This document shows, in pieces, positions 10,948-20,747 of a DNA stretch of 64,000 nt. The number at the start of each line of letters is the position of its first letter. Position 1 is the first letter of the stretch. The translations under genes were made by a program, and so were the position numbers. The notes under the pieces were generated by a model. It was not told where the DNA came from, searched no databases, and saw only the letters and a list, made by a program, of their open reading frames with translations. The DNA is from Candidatus Bathyarchaeota archaeon (lineage in GTDB: Archaea > Thermoproteota > Bathyarchaeia > Bathyarchaeales > Bathycorpusculaceae), in the NCBI GenBank assembly GCA_963798135.1, contig CAWCSI010000007.1, positions 27,290 to 91,289 on the forward strand, read 5' to 3'.

Positions 10948-11400
10948 CTAATTAACAATTTTTTCTATATCTTCAAAACCAAGTTCTGTTCGATTCCCAT
11001 TTACTATAATAAACGGTTGATTCTCTTCAAAATCTTTCTGCTGCGATAGTTTTCTTTGTAAGTAGCCTTCATTGAATTCAACTTTGTTCTTAAGACGATG
11101 GTTGGGGTTAACTTGTTTGAGTCTGTTTGTTCTTTCGTTTCTTGTTCGATAAAAAATTATTAAAGCGAATGCAAGCAAACAAACTCCAATACCTATCCCC
11201 ACATAAGACAAAACATTTGCCACAGTGTTACTTACAATAAAGAAGACATGAAATAATGGATTAGACCAAAGATGTGTAAAAGTGCCTAAGCCCCATATCA
11301 AAAAAACGATTCCGCTTAGACCTAATAGTTGTGTTGCTTTGTTCATTGACCGATTTGCGCTCCATTTATTTGAATTACCGCTTTTTAGTTGCAGTATCAA
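10948..11400 (-). CDS. Membrane-anchored hypothetical protein (start probably 11346)
   Basis: Two TM helices; FFIVSN motif shared with 26151-26921. Confidence 0.6.
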   Translation of the reverse strand: MILQLKSGNSNKWSANRSMNKATQLLGLSGIVFLIWGLGTFTHLWSNPLFHVFFIVSNTVANVLSYVGIGIGVCLLAFALIIFYRTRNERTNRLKQVNPNHRLKNKVEFNEGYLQRKLSQQKDFEENQPFIIVNGNRTELGFEDIEKIVN

Positions 11401-11722
11401 CGTGTTTCTATCTGTGAAGTATGCTTAAGAAAGTTTGGAAATGCCGCACTTGGCTTTAAATGGAGAAATTTACAGCTAAATTTGATTGTGAAACAAATGA
11501 AATTATCTTTAGATTTTGGTTATCTGTCGCTTTTTGCTCAAACTGCGGAAAACAACTACCTGCCACAAAAAGCTTCCCTCCATTCTGCGACGAAAACGTA
11601 GCATAGAATTTGGCACAGCTTTTATTTCTTTCAGGAATCTTTGCTAAGTTCAATTAAAAACATTTGCCAAAATACAAAGTAATGCTTATTAGTAATACTG
11701 TTCAACTATACCTGAGATATAT

Positions 11723-11953
11723 ATGGAAAATCCGAACGTAATCACGATCAAAGTTCCCGGCGAATTGAAAAAAAAGATGAAACGAGTCAAAGTCAATTGG
11801 AGCCAATATATTCGAGAATGTGTCCAAAACAAGATTGAACAGCAAGATATGATAGAGGCTTCTGAAAAGCTCGATAATATTAGAAAACGAACTAAGCCGA
11901 CTTCAACAGAGGAAATTGTGTCTTGGATCCGAGAAGACAGGGATAGTAATTAA
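11723..11953 (+). CDS. vapB: VapB-type RHH antitoxin
   Basis: VITIKVPGELKKKM..VNWS.YIR...IREDR; directly upstream of a PIN gene. Confidence 0.85.
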   Translation: MENPNVITIKVPGELKKKMKRVKVNWSQYIRECVQNKIEQQDMIEASEKLDNIRKRTKPTSTEEIVSWIREDRDSN

Positions 11954-12385
11954 ATGCGTAACTACGTGGTTGATGCAAGCATAGTTGTTAAATGGGTTTT
12001 GTCAGGGGAACCTTGTGAGCAAAACTCAGTTAGACTCAAGAAGGATTATCTTTCAGGAATCGTCAACTTAAATGCGCCTTCCTTTGTAGTGCAAGAAGTT
12101 GCCAATTCACTTTGGAAAGCCACTATACGCCAAAGAATTCTTCAAGAAGACGCGCGAGAAGCCCTGAAAGTTCTACAGGGCATGCGAATAAATTTACATG
12201 AGTTCAACTGGGTAGAAATCTCTGAAGCATTAGATATCGCGGGAAAACTGAATTTACCAATTTACGATGCTTCATATATTTTGCTTTCCGAAAACCTAAA
12301 TACAGAACTGGTTACAGCTGACGATGAACAATATCAAAAAGCAAAAGCATTCTTCAAAGTCCTGCACATTAAGGATTATCAGTAA
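11954..12385 (+). CDS. vapC: VapC PIN-domain toxin
   Basis: VVDASIVVKW, EVANSLWK, YDASY, LVTAD. Confidence 0.9.
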   Translation: MRNYVVDASIVVKWVLSGEPCEQNSVRLKKDYLSGIVNLNAPSFVVQEVANSLWKATIRQRILQEDAREALKVLQGMRINLHEFNWVEISEALDIAGKLNLPIYDASYILLSENLNTELVTADDEQYQKAKAFFKVLHIKDYQ

Positions 12386-12609
12386 GCTTCTAAAAAAGCA
12401 AAAATATCCGTACCAAACATTTCCACTTATTCGATCTATTCTTTATGTTATTGTTAGATTAAGACGGGAACAGCAGTTGCTCCTACGTTTTTACTACAAT
12501 CTCATCGCAGTGATTTTCGACATTGATTACATATCGCCTATGAATAGAAATTAGACAATAAGAGATGACCCTTTTCGGCATTCTTGCCTAATTTTTATAA
12601 ATGCGGTGA

Positions 12610-13365
12610 TTGTTCCAAAAGCCGAGAGTAAAGGAAGAATATGGGCATGCATATTTGGGCAAATGTGGACTCCAAATTTTTTGGGGAGGAACGTATTTGG
12701 CAATTTTAGTAGCGAAAGACGTTTGGAAGACTTACGTTAATGATCAATTTGTTCTAAAGAACGCTCAGCTTTCTTTGGACAAAGGTGATTTTGCTTCAAT
12801 ACAGGGACGTTCTGGAGCTGGAAAATCTACCATTCTAAGAATCGTCGGTCTTCTGGAGAAGATGGATCGAGGAGAACTGGCTCTTTTTGGTCAAATAACA
12901 AACGATTTGAGCGAGAAGCAACGTGCGAAGCTAAGGCTTGAGAAAATTGGGTTTGTTTTTCAGTCGCTCAATTTGATTCCTCACATAACTGCAACGGAGA
13001 ACATTGAGGTACCTTTGTGGCTAAAAAAAGTGAATGCTGCCAAGAGAAAAGAGAGGGCTTTGGAACTGCTCAATAAGTTTGGTTTGGTGAGCTTGGCGGA
13101 TAGGTTTCCTCATCAAATGAGTCTTGGCGAGCAGCAAAGAGTCGCTGTGCTTCGAGCCTTGGCGAATGAGCCTCCTTTAATATTAGCTGATGAACCTACG
13201 GCGCATCTTGACGAAGATAACGCAGAGATCTTATTCGACCTCTTGAGACGGCTAAACAAGGAGTTCGGAACATCTATCTTGATGACTACGACAAGTGTTG
13301 AGGAGTCGGCGGTGGCTAAAACTCGATATCATCTTTTGCATGGAACCCTCGAACTCAAAGCATAG
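12610..13365 (+). CDS. ABC transporter ATP-binding protein, LolD/MacB type (start probably ~12697)
   Basis: Walker A GRSGAGKST, FVFQ, LILADEPT; degenerate signature MSLGEQQR. Confidence 0.88.
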   Translation: MFQKPRVKEEYGHAYLGKCGLQIFWGGTYLAILVAKDVWKTYVNDQFVLKNAQLSLDKGDFASIQGRSGAGKSTILRIVGLLEKMDRGELALFGQITNDLSEKQRAKLRLEKIGFVFQSLNLIPHITATENIEVPLWLKKVNAAKRKERALELLNKFGLVSLADRFPHQMSLGEQQRVAVLRALANEPPLILADEPTAHLDEDNAEILFDLLRRLNKEFGTSILMTTTSVEESAVAKTRYHLLHGTLELKA

Positions 13366-13388
13366 CTTTATTTGAAAAAATTGCTGCT

Positions 13389-14573
13389 TTAAGAATTGGT
13401 TTCCTCGTGTACTTCGTCGAATTTGATTTTCCAAACGCTAACCAATACTGTCGAAGTAATAAGGGCAACAGAAAATAGTAGAACTAACGGGTTAAAGGTG
13501 ACAACCATTGTGTGAAACAGAACCTGCAAGCCACCATTATTTGCAAATACCATTAACATCGCATTCGCTAACGCATAACCCAAAATGCTAAAAACAAAAG
13601 CGAGCGCTGCAGAGAATGCCGAGAACAGACCAACCTGTCCTCGCCTGGTCATGCCAAGAGCGGAGAGAACCGAAAAGAGACTAACATTCTCTTTGATACC
13701 CCAAGCTAAACTGTAATAAAGCGAAAGAACAGATGTTGTGAAGACAACTAAAAATAGCGCCCAAAGTGCGGTCTCCGATAAGCCGATGCTTCTTGAAAGT
13801 ATTTGCCCCATAGCGTCAAGGGGGTTTCCTACCAAGTACTGGCCGATATTTGTTATGCTTGTTATGGGAAGATTCTGTAGCGCGGTGTTCGTATTTGATG
13901 TGCTGTTTGTTTCGCTTCCACCTAGAAGGTTTTGGACGGAGCTGAAATGGAAAACTGTGGGGTCAACCTCCATTCTTATGATAGACACATAATATTCGGT
14001 AGAGTCACGCATGATTTGACCAATTGGAAGCTGAGTGATCAATTCGTCATTGAGCGCGTCATTTGTGCTAAAAACTCCCGACAGTGTTAGAATGCTGGAA
14101 AAGTTTCCAAATGAGGATTGTATTGTGATGTTATCTCCTGGCGTAAGGTGGAGACGGTTTGCTAACTGCTGACCTGCCATGACACTGGCGTTTAATTCTT
14201 GATTAGACCATGCTCCTGAAACCAACTTCGCGATGTCTAAATCCTTCAAAAGGGTCATATTCATGCCTCTAAGATAGACAATTTGGTTATCAACGGCAAC
14301 TGTAGCAAGGACTTCAGGGCTAACAACTTGAACCCCGGGTACGCTGCTCAGATTTGTTGCAAGCTGGATTGGGATTAAACTTGTTTGGGGCAGTTGTGAG
14401 CTGTTTGAATATAATGCGATCACGTTATCGCGTTCACCAATTGAATAAGGCACAGTTGACAAAGCTCCCATCAGAAGAAGGCCTGTTGTCGAGGTTACGG
14501 CGGAGACGGTGAGAACACAGATTAAAAACGGAATCAGAGCACGTTTTGACAATAACCGAAGGAAAAAACGCAT
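13389..14573 (-). CDS. FtsX/MacB-like ABC permease
   Basis: N-terminal TM, extracytoplasmic domain (VSPEVL, LRG), LSALGM followed by three TMs. Confidence 0.75.
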   Translation of the reverse strand: MRFFLRLLSKRALIPFLICVLTVSAVTSTTGLLLMGALSTVPYSIGERDNVIALYSNSSQLPQTSLIPIQLATNLSSVPGVQVVSPEVLATVAVDNQIVYLRGMNMTLLKDLDIAKLVSGAWSNQELNASVMAGQQLANRLHLTPGDNITIQSSFGNFSSILTLSGVFSTNDALNDELITQLPIGQIMRDSTEYYVSIIRMEVDPTVFHFSSVQNLLGGSETNSTSNTNTALQNLPITSITNIGQYLVGNPLDAMGQILSRSIGLSETALWALFLVVFTTSVLSLYYSLAWGIKENVSLFSVLSALGMTRRGQVGLFSAFSAALAFVFSILGYALANAMLMVFANNGGLQVLFHTMVVTFNPLVLLFSVALITSTVLVSVWKIKFDEVHEETNS

Positions 14574-15162
14574 TATGCTCTATTTGTCTCCTTTCGTATC
14601 GATTTGTCTGAGTTTTTATTACGAAGTATGAACCACCTGCTAAGACGGCTGTGAACGTTAGTGCGAAAAGATTCAAAAGATCCGTGAGTTGGAGAGTTGG
14701 GATTGCATAGGGCGCTTTTATTGCGTATGCGGCAAGTCTGTAGAACATTTGAGATGCGACAAGTCCGCCGACCCATCCGAAAAGCCAGCTTAATGTGGCT
14801 AGAAGTAGCAAACGAAGTGAAATCATTGATTGATACATTTTCCTTGATGACCCTGTTTGGCAAAGGATGGTTATTGTTGGAATCATGGAACGAACCGATT
14901 GAAGGCCAATTACGTATGAAGAAACAGCAAGAAGAGACCAAGCTGCCAAGAGCCAAACCCAAAAGATGCCTGATAATTCAGATAGAAGACTAAGAGTCAC
15001 GACGGCAAATCTTGTGGCAGTTCCAGTGTTAAAGAAGCCATATGCCATGTTGCTTATGGATAAGCCGCTTGTGATTAACCCGACGATTGTGGCTAGGGTT
15101 AGAACTTGCATTATGAACTCGTTGGTTTTGCCGATGCATAAGCGGAATGCAAGCGAAGACAA
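14573..15162 (-). CDS. Small FtsX-like permease subunit (4 TM); the 3' end probably shifts into the ..RKETNRA* frame
   Basis: Hydrophobic helices, ILCQTG motif; the alternative-frame stop overlaps the ATG of the next permease. Confidence 0.6.
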
Positions 15163-15314
15163 GGCTATTTCACTTTCTTGGTCGACTTATGCATCTTTTT
15201 AGCTTATTAGCTGTTGCCTTTGTAAGGACATAACGCTAAAACCATCACAAAAGACAGGTTTTGAAAGCCAAAGAAAAAAAGCGCTTTTTCAGGCTTCTTC
15301 TTTTAAGAAAATCT

Positions 15315-15404
15315 GGTAGAAGTAGGACGCAGTGCTACCACCATCCTTCCTTCTTCTATCAAAGAAGAACAACACCCGGTGCCACCACCAACTGTTGTTC
15401 TACC
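15315..15404 (-). repeat. Tandem hairpins sharing loop TGGTGGTRGCAC (candidate cis-regulatory RNA or REP-like element)
   Basis: Stems GGTAGAAG/CTTCTATC and AGAACAACA/TGTTGTTCT; loops GTGCTACCACCA and GTGCCACCACCA. Confidence 0.55.
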
Positions 15405-15416
15405 CAATAACTAAAA

Positions 15417-17030
15417 CTACCTAACCCAAAGTTTATCGTTACCATTTGAGTAAACAAGCGACATATCATTAGTCAGTTTAGCAGACCAATCTGCAGGTAA
15501 GGGTTCACCATAAAGAGCAAGGTCGTAACCGTTCTTGGACATAAGCGAATATGTAAAAAGCGGTTCACCATTCCAAGCTGAAACCCCAATTAAGTAAGCA
15601 TATCCAGAATCTATGTTTGATTTGAGGCCGAAGTAACGGAAAAGCCCCCAAACATGAGAATCCCCCAAAAACGTTGCGTTCAAGGGAAGAGATGCATTAA
15701 CCCAACTAGACGCCGACAAATCCGACAGTTTAAAACCCCACTCTCCGCCTAAAAAGTTGTTATTTTCAACAACTGCAGAGTAACTTTGGAAACAAAGAGC
15801 AAAAACAATCACAAACATAAATCCAATTGCCAAAGAAACCTTTGCAACGTGACCAACTTTGCCTCCACCCCTTACGAATCTTATCAAGCCAAACGCTGCA
15901 AACACTCCAAGCGGCATAAAAAGAAAAGTAAACAGCCTATAGACTAAACCTATTCCTTGACCTGCTCCGAAGACAGAAAAAGCCACCAGCGCCAAAGGGA
16001 CACCGATCCAAAGCGACAGAAAAGCGTATGATCGGTTTTCGGATTTATTGAATAACAAATATCCGGCAACTGCAACCATTGCAACAGCAAAGTAGGGTGC
16101 CGCTTCAATCACTAAATCGGCAGTAAGTGTCGGAGCAATTGGCAAAATAGCGGTCTTGGTTCCGACAAAAAGCAAAGCAAAAGCAACAGCTAAGGCAACG
16201 ATCGGAAATGCCCAACGTTTAGATGAATTATTTCGTCCAGAACGCAATCCAAACCCCACTTGAAAACCAGCTAACAGAGTAAGGAAAGCAAACAAAGATA
16301 AGCCATCGGCAAGCGTAAAAGATATGCCTACAGGGGCTGCGTTTAGGTAGAGGAAGAAGTAGGCAAGACCAACAAGTCCCATTATTGTTGGATAAAGAAG
16401 TTTTTGGGGTTGAATCGATTCACCTTTGGTTCGCATAAAAAAAGGAACGATGGAAACTTCAGCTGCCAAAAGAAAAAGAATGAATGCTAAAGCAAAATGA
16501 GCCATAATAAGGCCCAGCGAAACAAACGCAAAAGCAATTAAGGTGGGTTTTTTCGCTTTTTTTAGAAGCAACAATACGCCGACCATAAAGAGGGGCAGTG
16601 CAAAGGTCTCTTTGGTTATGGACGCGGTAAATATTGCATCAAACGAGGCTGCGGCAAAAATGGTCGCTGCCACAGAGGCAAGAAGGAAATTACCCGACAA
16701 CTTTCTAACCACCACAAAAAGAAAAAACGTAGTTAACGAGCCAATAAGCGGAATTAAAATCGGCATCAGCTTAAAAGGTACAACACCGAAAACTAGGGAG
16801 GACACGGCTCCAAAGATGCTAACTGCGGGCCAGCAAATGTTGTAGGTGTCAAAGATTTGGTTGCCTGCGAGCGGTGTTGGCGAATTAGATAGCAGAAGGT
16901 TTGAGTTCCTTATTAGAGTCCAGCTGTCAACTCCCCATGGTGCACCAGTTAATAGGTAAGGATAGATTCTTAGTGTCACTGCTATTATACAGGGAATGAG
17001 GATTAAGAGCAGTTTCCATCCAAGACGCAC
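15417..17030 (-). CDS. Polytopic membrane protein, GT-C glycosyltransferase-like
   Basis: About 12-13 TMs, first-loop GVDSW, WP motif, KETFAL, MAH, YRLF, C-terminal VYSNG. Confidence 0.6.
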   Translation of the reverse strand: MRLGWKLLLILIPCIIAVTLRIYPYLLTGAPWGVDSWTLIRNSNLLLSNSPTPLAGNQIFDTYNICWPAVSIFGAVSSLVFGVVPFKLMPILIPLIGSLTTFFLFVVVRKLSGNFLLASVAATIFAAASFDAIFTASITKETFALPLFMVGVLLLLKKAKKPTLIAFAFVSLGLIMAHFALAFILFLLAAEVSIVPFFMRTKGESIQPQKLLYPTIMGLVGLAYFFLYLNAAPVGISFTLADGLSLFAFLTLLAGFQVGFGLRSGRNNSSKRWAFPIVALAVAFALLFVGTKTAILPIAPTLTADLVIEAAPYFAVAMVAVAGYLLFNKSENRSYAFLSLWIGVPLALVAFSVFGAGQGIGLVYRLFTFLFMPLGVFAAFGLIRFVRGGGKVGHVAKVSLAIGFMFVIVFALCFQSYSAVVENNNFLGGEWGFKLSDLSASSWVNASLPLNATFLGDSHVWGLFRYFGLKSNIDSGYAYLIGVSAWNGEPLFTYSLMSKNGYDLALYGEPLPADWSAKLTNDMSLVYSNGNDKLWVR

Positions 17031-17206
17031 GTTTGGTACCTACACAGATGGATTCCATCTACAAGCTAACTAACTACAAAAGCTTTGTTGAAAACAGGCT
17101 AAGCATGTTATACTAAAAACTTAATCGGCACAAAATCTTGACTAATATTAAGCTTAGAATTCACAAGAGATTAAAGTTGCAGAACAATAGTTTCTGAAGG
17201 TTTAGA

Positions 17207-17881
17207 ATGGTCGCATCAGTTTGGATAATCACTAAAAAAATATTTAGTATATCCTTGATTCTTAATTCACTCATAACTTTGGCAGCCATCGCACAAATTA
17301 TATTTAATCATTATCATTCTTTTCCATATTGGCAGCCATATTCCCCATTTATAATTAATGGGAGCGTTTTCTTTCTGGTGATTGTTGGGGCGATATTGAA
17401 TATTTATCCAAGTGCAAGTTTAGGTAGAACTTTGCACACGGGGCGATTCTTATTCCACCACTACGTTTACGGATTTCTTGTTTTGATATTTTCTGCTATT
17501 TTTGTGATGCTGTTTACATCTGTTCCCCTAATTGATCTGTTTATTGTGTACAATGAAAGCGTAACTGTTAATGCGGCAAAACTTCTTTTTTTAGCCGGCT
17601 TTTCATTGCTTTTGGATGATCTTCCGGATGTTTCAAGAAAAATGGATTCAAACTTGAAAACATTAAAAACCAAGTTTTACCGGCGAAGAAAAATAATTCA
17701 TATACTTCAATTTATTACCGGAATATTTTCTTTTTACGTTTTTCTAGCAATAAGCCTCTGGGCCACCCAAAATCCCACCATAGCGGTTCCCGCTGCTTTC
17801 ACATGCGGCACTTTTCTAATAACTAGTCTCACTTCTTTTGCATTTGTAAAAAGAAAAGCATGGCTCAAAATCAGTCGATGA
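17207..17881 (+). CDS. Membrane protein with FHHYVYG motif
   Basis: About 6 TMs, GRFLFHHYVYG and LLDDLPDV. Confidence 0.7.
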   Translation: MVASVWIITKKIFSISLILNSLITLAAIAQIIFNHYHSFPYWQPYSPFIINGSVFFLVIVGAILNIYPSASLGRTLHTGRFLFHHYVYGFLVLIFSAIFVMLFTSVPLIDLFIVYNESVTVNAAKLLFLAGFSLLLDDLPDVSRKMDSNLKTLKTKFYRRRKIIHILQFITGIFSFYVFLAISLWATQNPTIAVPAAFTCGTFLITSLTSFAFVKRKAWLKISR

Positions 17882-17948
17882 AAAATAACTAGAAACCTTG
17901 TTTTCCAAAATTAATTTCTTTTCTTATTTTCGTTTAGAAATCGGGAGA

Positions 17949-18917
17949 TCAAGTTGCTGGAGCTGTCACGTTAAGCCAAACTTGACCATATCTCTCATTA
18001 TACTGCATCTGATTTAATGTTTGATTGTATATCCATAGTTCAAATAGGATTCTTTGATTCAACCCAGTCTGCGTTAAAGTTACGTTCACAGGAAAAGTCC
18101 AAGTCCCATTGTATGGAACAACACTGCTAAACTCCTGGATCGGCGCTATTGGGGATGGATCTACAGAAGTGTTATTGTCACCAAGTTTAATCATAACATT
18201 GTAATACATCGGCTGGCTCATCTGATTACCAACATAAACAAAGAGACTTATCGGTTGGCCTGCAACCACTTGCGTTGGATAATCACCAAGTTTCATGTTA
18301 GGACCTAAAATACCTAATTCCGAAAACTGCTCCGATGAACTTTTTGGAAGAAAATATGGCACGGTAGCAATCAAAGCAATTATGACTGTTAAACCCAAAA
18401 TTACCGCGCAGACTTCCTCCCATGTGATTGTCAGACCCTTGCTTTTTCCTGAGGCATTCTGGGATTTAACATGATAATTCTTTCGAAGATTAAACCAACC
18501 CTTCCACAAAAACTTAGGTCCAAAGAAGTAAACTAGACAACCGCAAATCACCAGTACCACAGCAGATATAGCCACTACAATTGGGCTTATTGCTGGCCCG
18601 TTTAGTTTAGCTGCTAAGGCTTGGGCAGTAACGTTTTGAGCTATAATTTGAGCTTGTGATACTAAGATTTGCGCTTGTTGAGAATCAGAGCTCGCTAAGA
18701 TCTGAGCTTGAGAAGCCAAATTTATCGCTTGATTTAACGTGACTATTAATTTGCTTACATCTGCACCAGAATTGTATGCATCAACAATTGATTTGTAAGC
18801 ATTATCTAAAGAGTTTTGATTATCGCTAATAGATACGGGTTGAGCAAATGTTATGGCAATTGCCGAAAACAAGAGGGTTAATAGCAAAGCTATTACTAAC
18901 TTTGATGAAACTTTCAA
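17949..18917 (-). CDS. Secreted/membrane protein carrying the DUF1616 C-terminal (extracellular) domain
   Basis: TTG 18917 after an SD-like GAGGGG; signal peptide; EQFSELGILGP..GDYP..V.N..Y, FELW, WLNVT. Confidence 0.75.
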   Translation of the reverse strand: MKVSSKLVIALLLTLLFSAIAITFAQPVSISDNQNSLDNAYKSIVDAYNSGADVSKLIVTLNQAINLASQAQILASSDSQQAQILVSQAQIIAQNVTAQALAAKLNGPAISPIVVAISAVVLVICGCLVYFFGPKFLWKGWFNLRKNYHVKSQNASGKSKGLTITWEEVCAVILGLTVIIALIATVPYFLPKSSSEQFSELGILGPNMKLGDYPTQVVAGQPISLFVYVGNQMSQPMYYNVMIKLGDNNTSVDPSPIAPIQEFSSVVPYNGTWTFPVNVTLTQTGLNQRILFELWIYNQTLNQMQYNERYGQVWLNVTAPAT

Positions 18918-19011
18918 CCCCTCATTCTCCCCTAAACTATCGTTGTTTAAGCGCAAGGCATATATAAAAATTGACGGAATAACTGGCGATGAAGGGGTCG
19001 GTAAGAGAGAG

Positions 19012-19596
19012 ATGATAAGTGCATATTTAGAGAAGGCAGTTAAGGAAACGGCACTCTCTTTGGGCAACCCTACGCTATCAGAACTGGTTAATACTCTTGT
19101 AAAAGATAAAGGCTTAAAGTTCAAAGATGCAGCCAAAACAGTTTATGTAATGTGGAAGCGAGGTGAGCTGGAACTCTCAGAAGCAAACCCGCCATCTAAC
19201 CTCACAACTTATGTTTTTCATCTTGAAAACCTTTGGTTCTGGGTGCTTACAGCGTTGGTGGTTTTCACGCTTTCAGCAGTTTTCCTCATTAATACTTCAT
19301 CATTACTCTATGTCAGGTATGCTCTAGGCGGAATCTTTATTCTATTTCTTCCTGGAGCAACTCTGATATCTGCGTTGTATCCAAGAGGCGGAGAAATAGA
19401 TGAGCTTGAACGATTAGCTCTATCAATTGGCTTAAGCCTTGCAATTGTACCCCTTGTCGGTTTAGCGCTAAATTACACACCTTGGGGAATAACATTAGCA
19501 CCCATAATGATTTCATTGGCGCTTTTCTCCGAAGTCATGGGTGTAGCAGCATTTGTGAGAAAATTCAGCTACTTCAAATTAAGTAAAATAAAATAA
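19012..19596 (+). CDS. Membrane protein carrying the DUF1616 N-terminal TM domain
   Basis: LFLPGATLISALYP...ERLALSIGLSLAIVPLVGLALNYTPWGI. Confidence 0.8.
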   Translation: MISAYLEKAVKETALSLGNPTLSELVNTLVKDKGLKFKDAAKTVYVMWKRGELELSEANPPSNLTTYVFHLENLWFWVLTALVVFTLSAVFLINTSSLLYVRYALGGIFILFLPGATLISALYPRGGEIDELERLALSIGLSLAIVPLVGLALNYTPWGITLAPIMISLALFSEVMGVAAFVRKFSYFKLSKIK

Positions 19597-19743
19597 TCAA
19601 TTTAGATATATCGTAGGCTTAATTTTTCTTGCCAGTTAAGATTTATTAAAAGCTTCAATGAACATTATGGTCATATAGGGTTTAGCCGATTGGGGAACAG
19701 GCTATCTCTAAGTTAAGAAGCAAAGGGAGAGGGAAAGGCAAAA

Positions 19744-20487
19744 ATGAATACGTACAAAATGCTAGGCTTATGCTTGGCGTTAACAGGATTGTTGCTATCC
19801 TTAGCCTCTTACTTTGTTTTGAATTCAATCCCTTTTACGGCATTGGGCATGTCAACGTTAATTTTGGCAAGCATATCCTTGGCCATAGCCGCTGGCCAAC
19901 CTAAAATTCCGCCTGAAGTCAGCGCCATTTTGCTTCAATCAGGAACAGAAAACATTTCAGCCCTAGTGGAAGAACTTGGACTGAAATCTAAGGCAATTTA
20001 CCTGCCCTCTTCAATGACAAGTGGCAAACCTCAAGCGCTAATCCCATTACATTCAAATCCGCATCCTTCAAACCTTGGAAAAATTGTTTTCCCTAAACGT
20101 CTGATTGTTAAACATGGACTCAACCCAGACGATATGGGCTTGCTAATTACAACTCCTGGCTCAACAGTATCAGAAAACATAGCAGCTAATCCCGACTCGA
20201 CAGATGCTGACCTTGAATCAACTCTTACAAGCATTTTGGCTGGCACTGTAAATTTAGCAGACAGCGCCAAGATTAACATAAAAGAAGATGTTATTGATGT
20301 TGAGATTTCAAACCCACGTTTGGAAAATCGAAAAATGTGGATCTATGAGAGTTTAGGAACCCCATTAGCTTCTATTGTGGCTTCAGTTGTGGCTCAAGTC
20401 ATTGACAAGCCTGTATTCGTATGTGATGAGCAAACTTTCAAGGGCAAATCAATTCTCAAGCTAAAAGTGTTGAGGCGAAACCTCTGA
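19744..20487 (+). CDS. Membrane-anchored hypothetical protein (2 TM + soluble domain)
   Basis: AIYLP, TTPG, LGTPLAS; first gene of the MoxR operon. Confidence 0.75.
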   Translation: MNTYKMLGLCLALTGLLLSLASYFVLNSIPFTALGMSTLILASISLAIAAGQPKIPPEVSAILLQSGTENISALVEELGLKSKAIYLPSSMTSGKPQALIPLHSNPHPSNLGKIVFPKRLIVKHGLNPDDMGLLITTPGSTVSENIAANPDSTDADLESTLTSILAGTVNLADSAKINIKEDVIDVEISNPRLENRKMWIYESLGTPLASIVASVVAQVIDKPVFVCDEQTFKGKSILKLKVLRRNL

Positions 20488-20747
20488 GATTAACCGAACG
20501 ATACATGTTGTCATTAACTCTTACATACACGTTAACAACTTTTATTCTGTCATTTTATTCCGCAAGCGGACTTGACCTGTTTGTATCAATTTACATTGTT
20601 GAATTTTTTATTCTAACCCTTTTACATTCGCCTCTGAATGCAAAGACACAGAAGATCATCAATTTTGTAGGTTATGGGCTCTTCATAGTTTTTGCACTTA
20701 TCGTTGCTTTAAAAGTGTTTCAGATTTTGGCGGGAAGTCTAATATGA
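20484..20747 (+). CDS. Small three-TM membrane protein (possible CTG start at 20484; first ATG at 20505)
   Basis: CTGA overlap with the upstream stop, in frame; ATGA overlap downstream. Confidence 0.7.
   Translation: MRLTERYMLSLTLTYTLTTFILSFYSASGLDLFVSIYIVEFFILTLLHSPLNAKTQKIINFVGYGLFIVFALIVALKVFQILAGSLI

Noticed and set aside
18853-19136. Apparent 280-bp antisense overlap of the two DUF1616 ORFs
   Set aside because: This is an artefact of longest-ORF start choice. Plausible starts at 18917 (-) and 19012 (+) remove the overlap.
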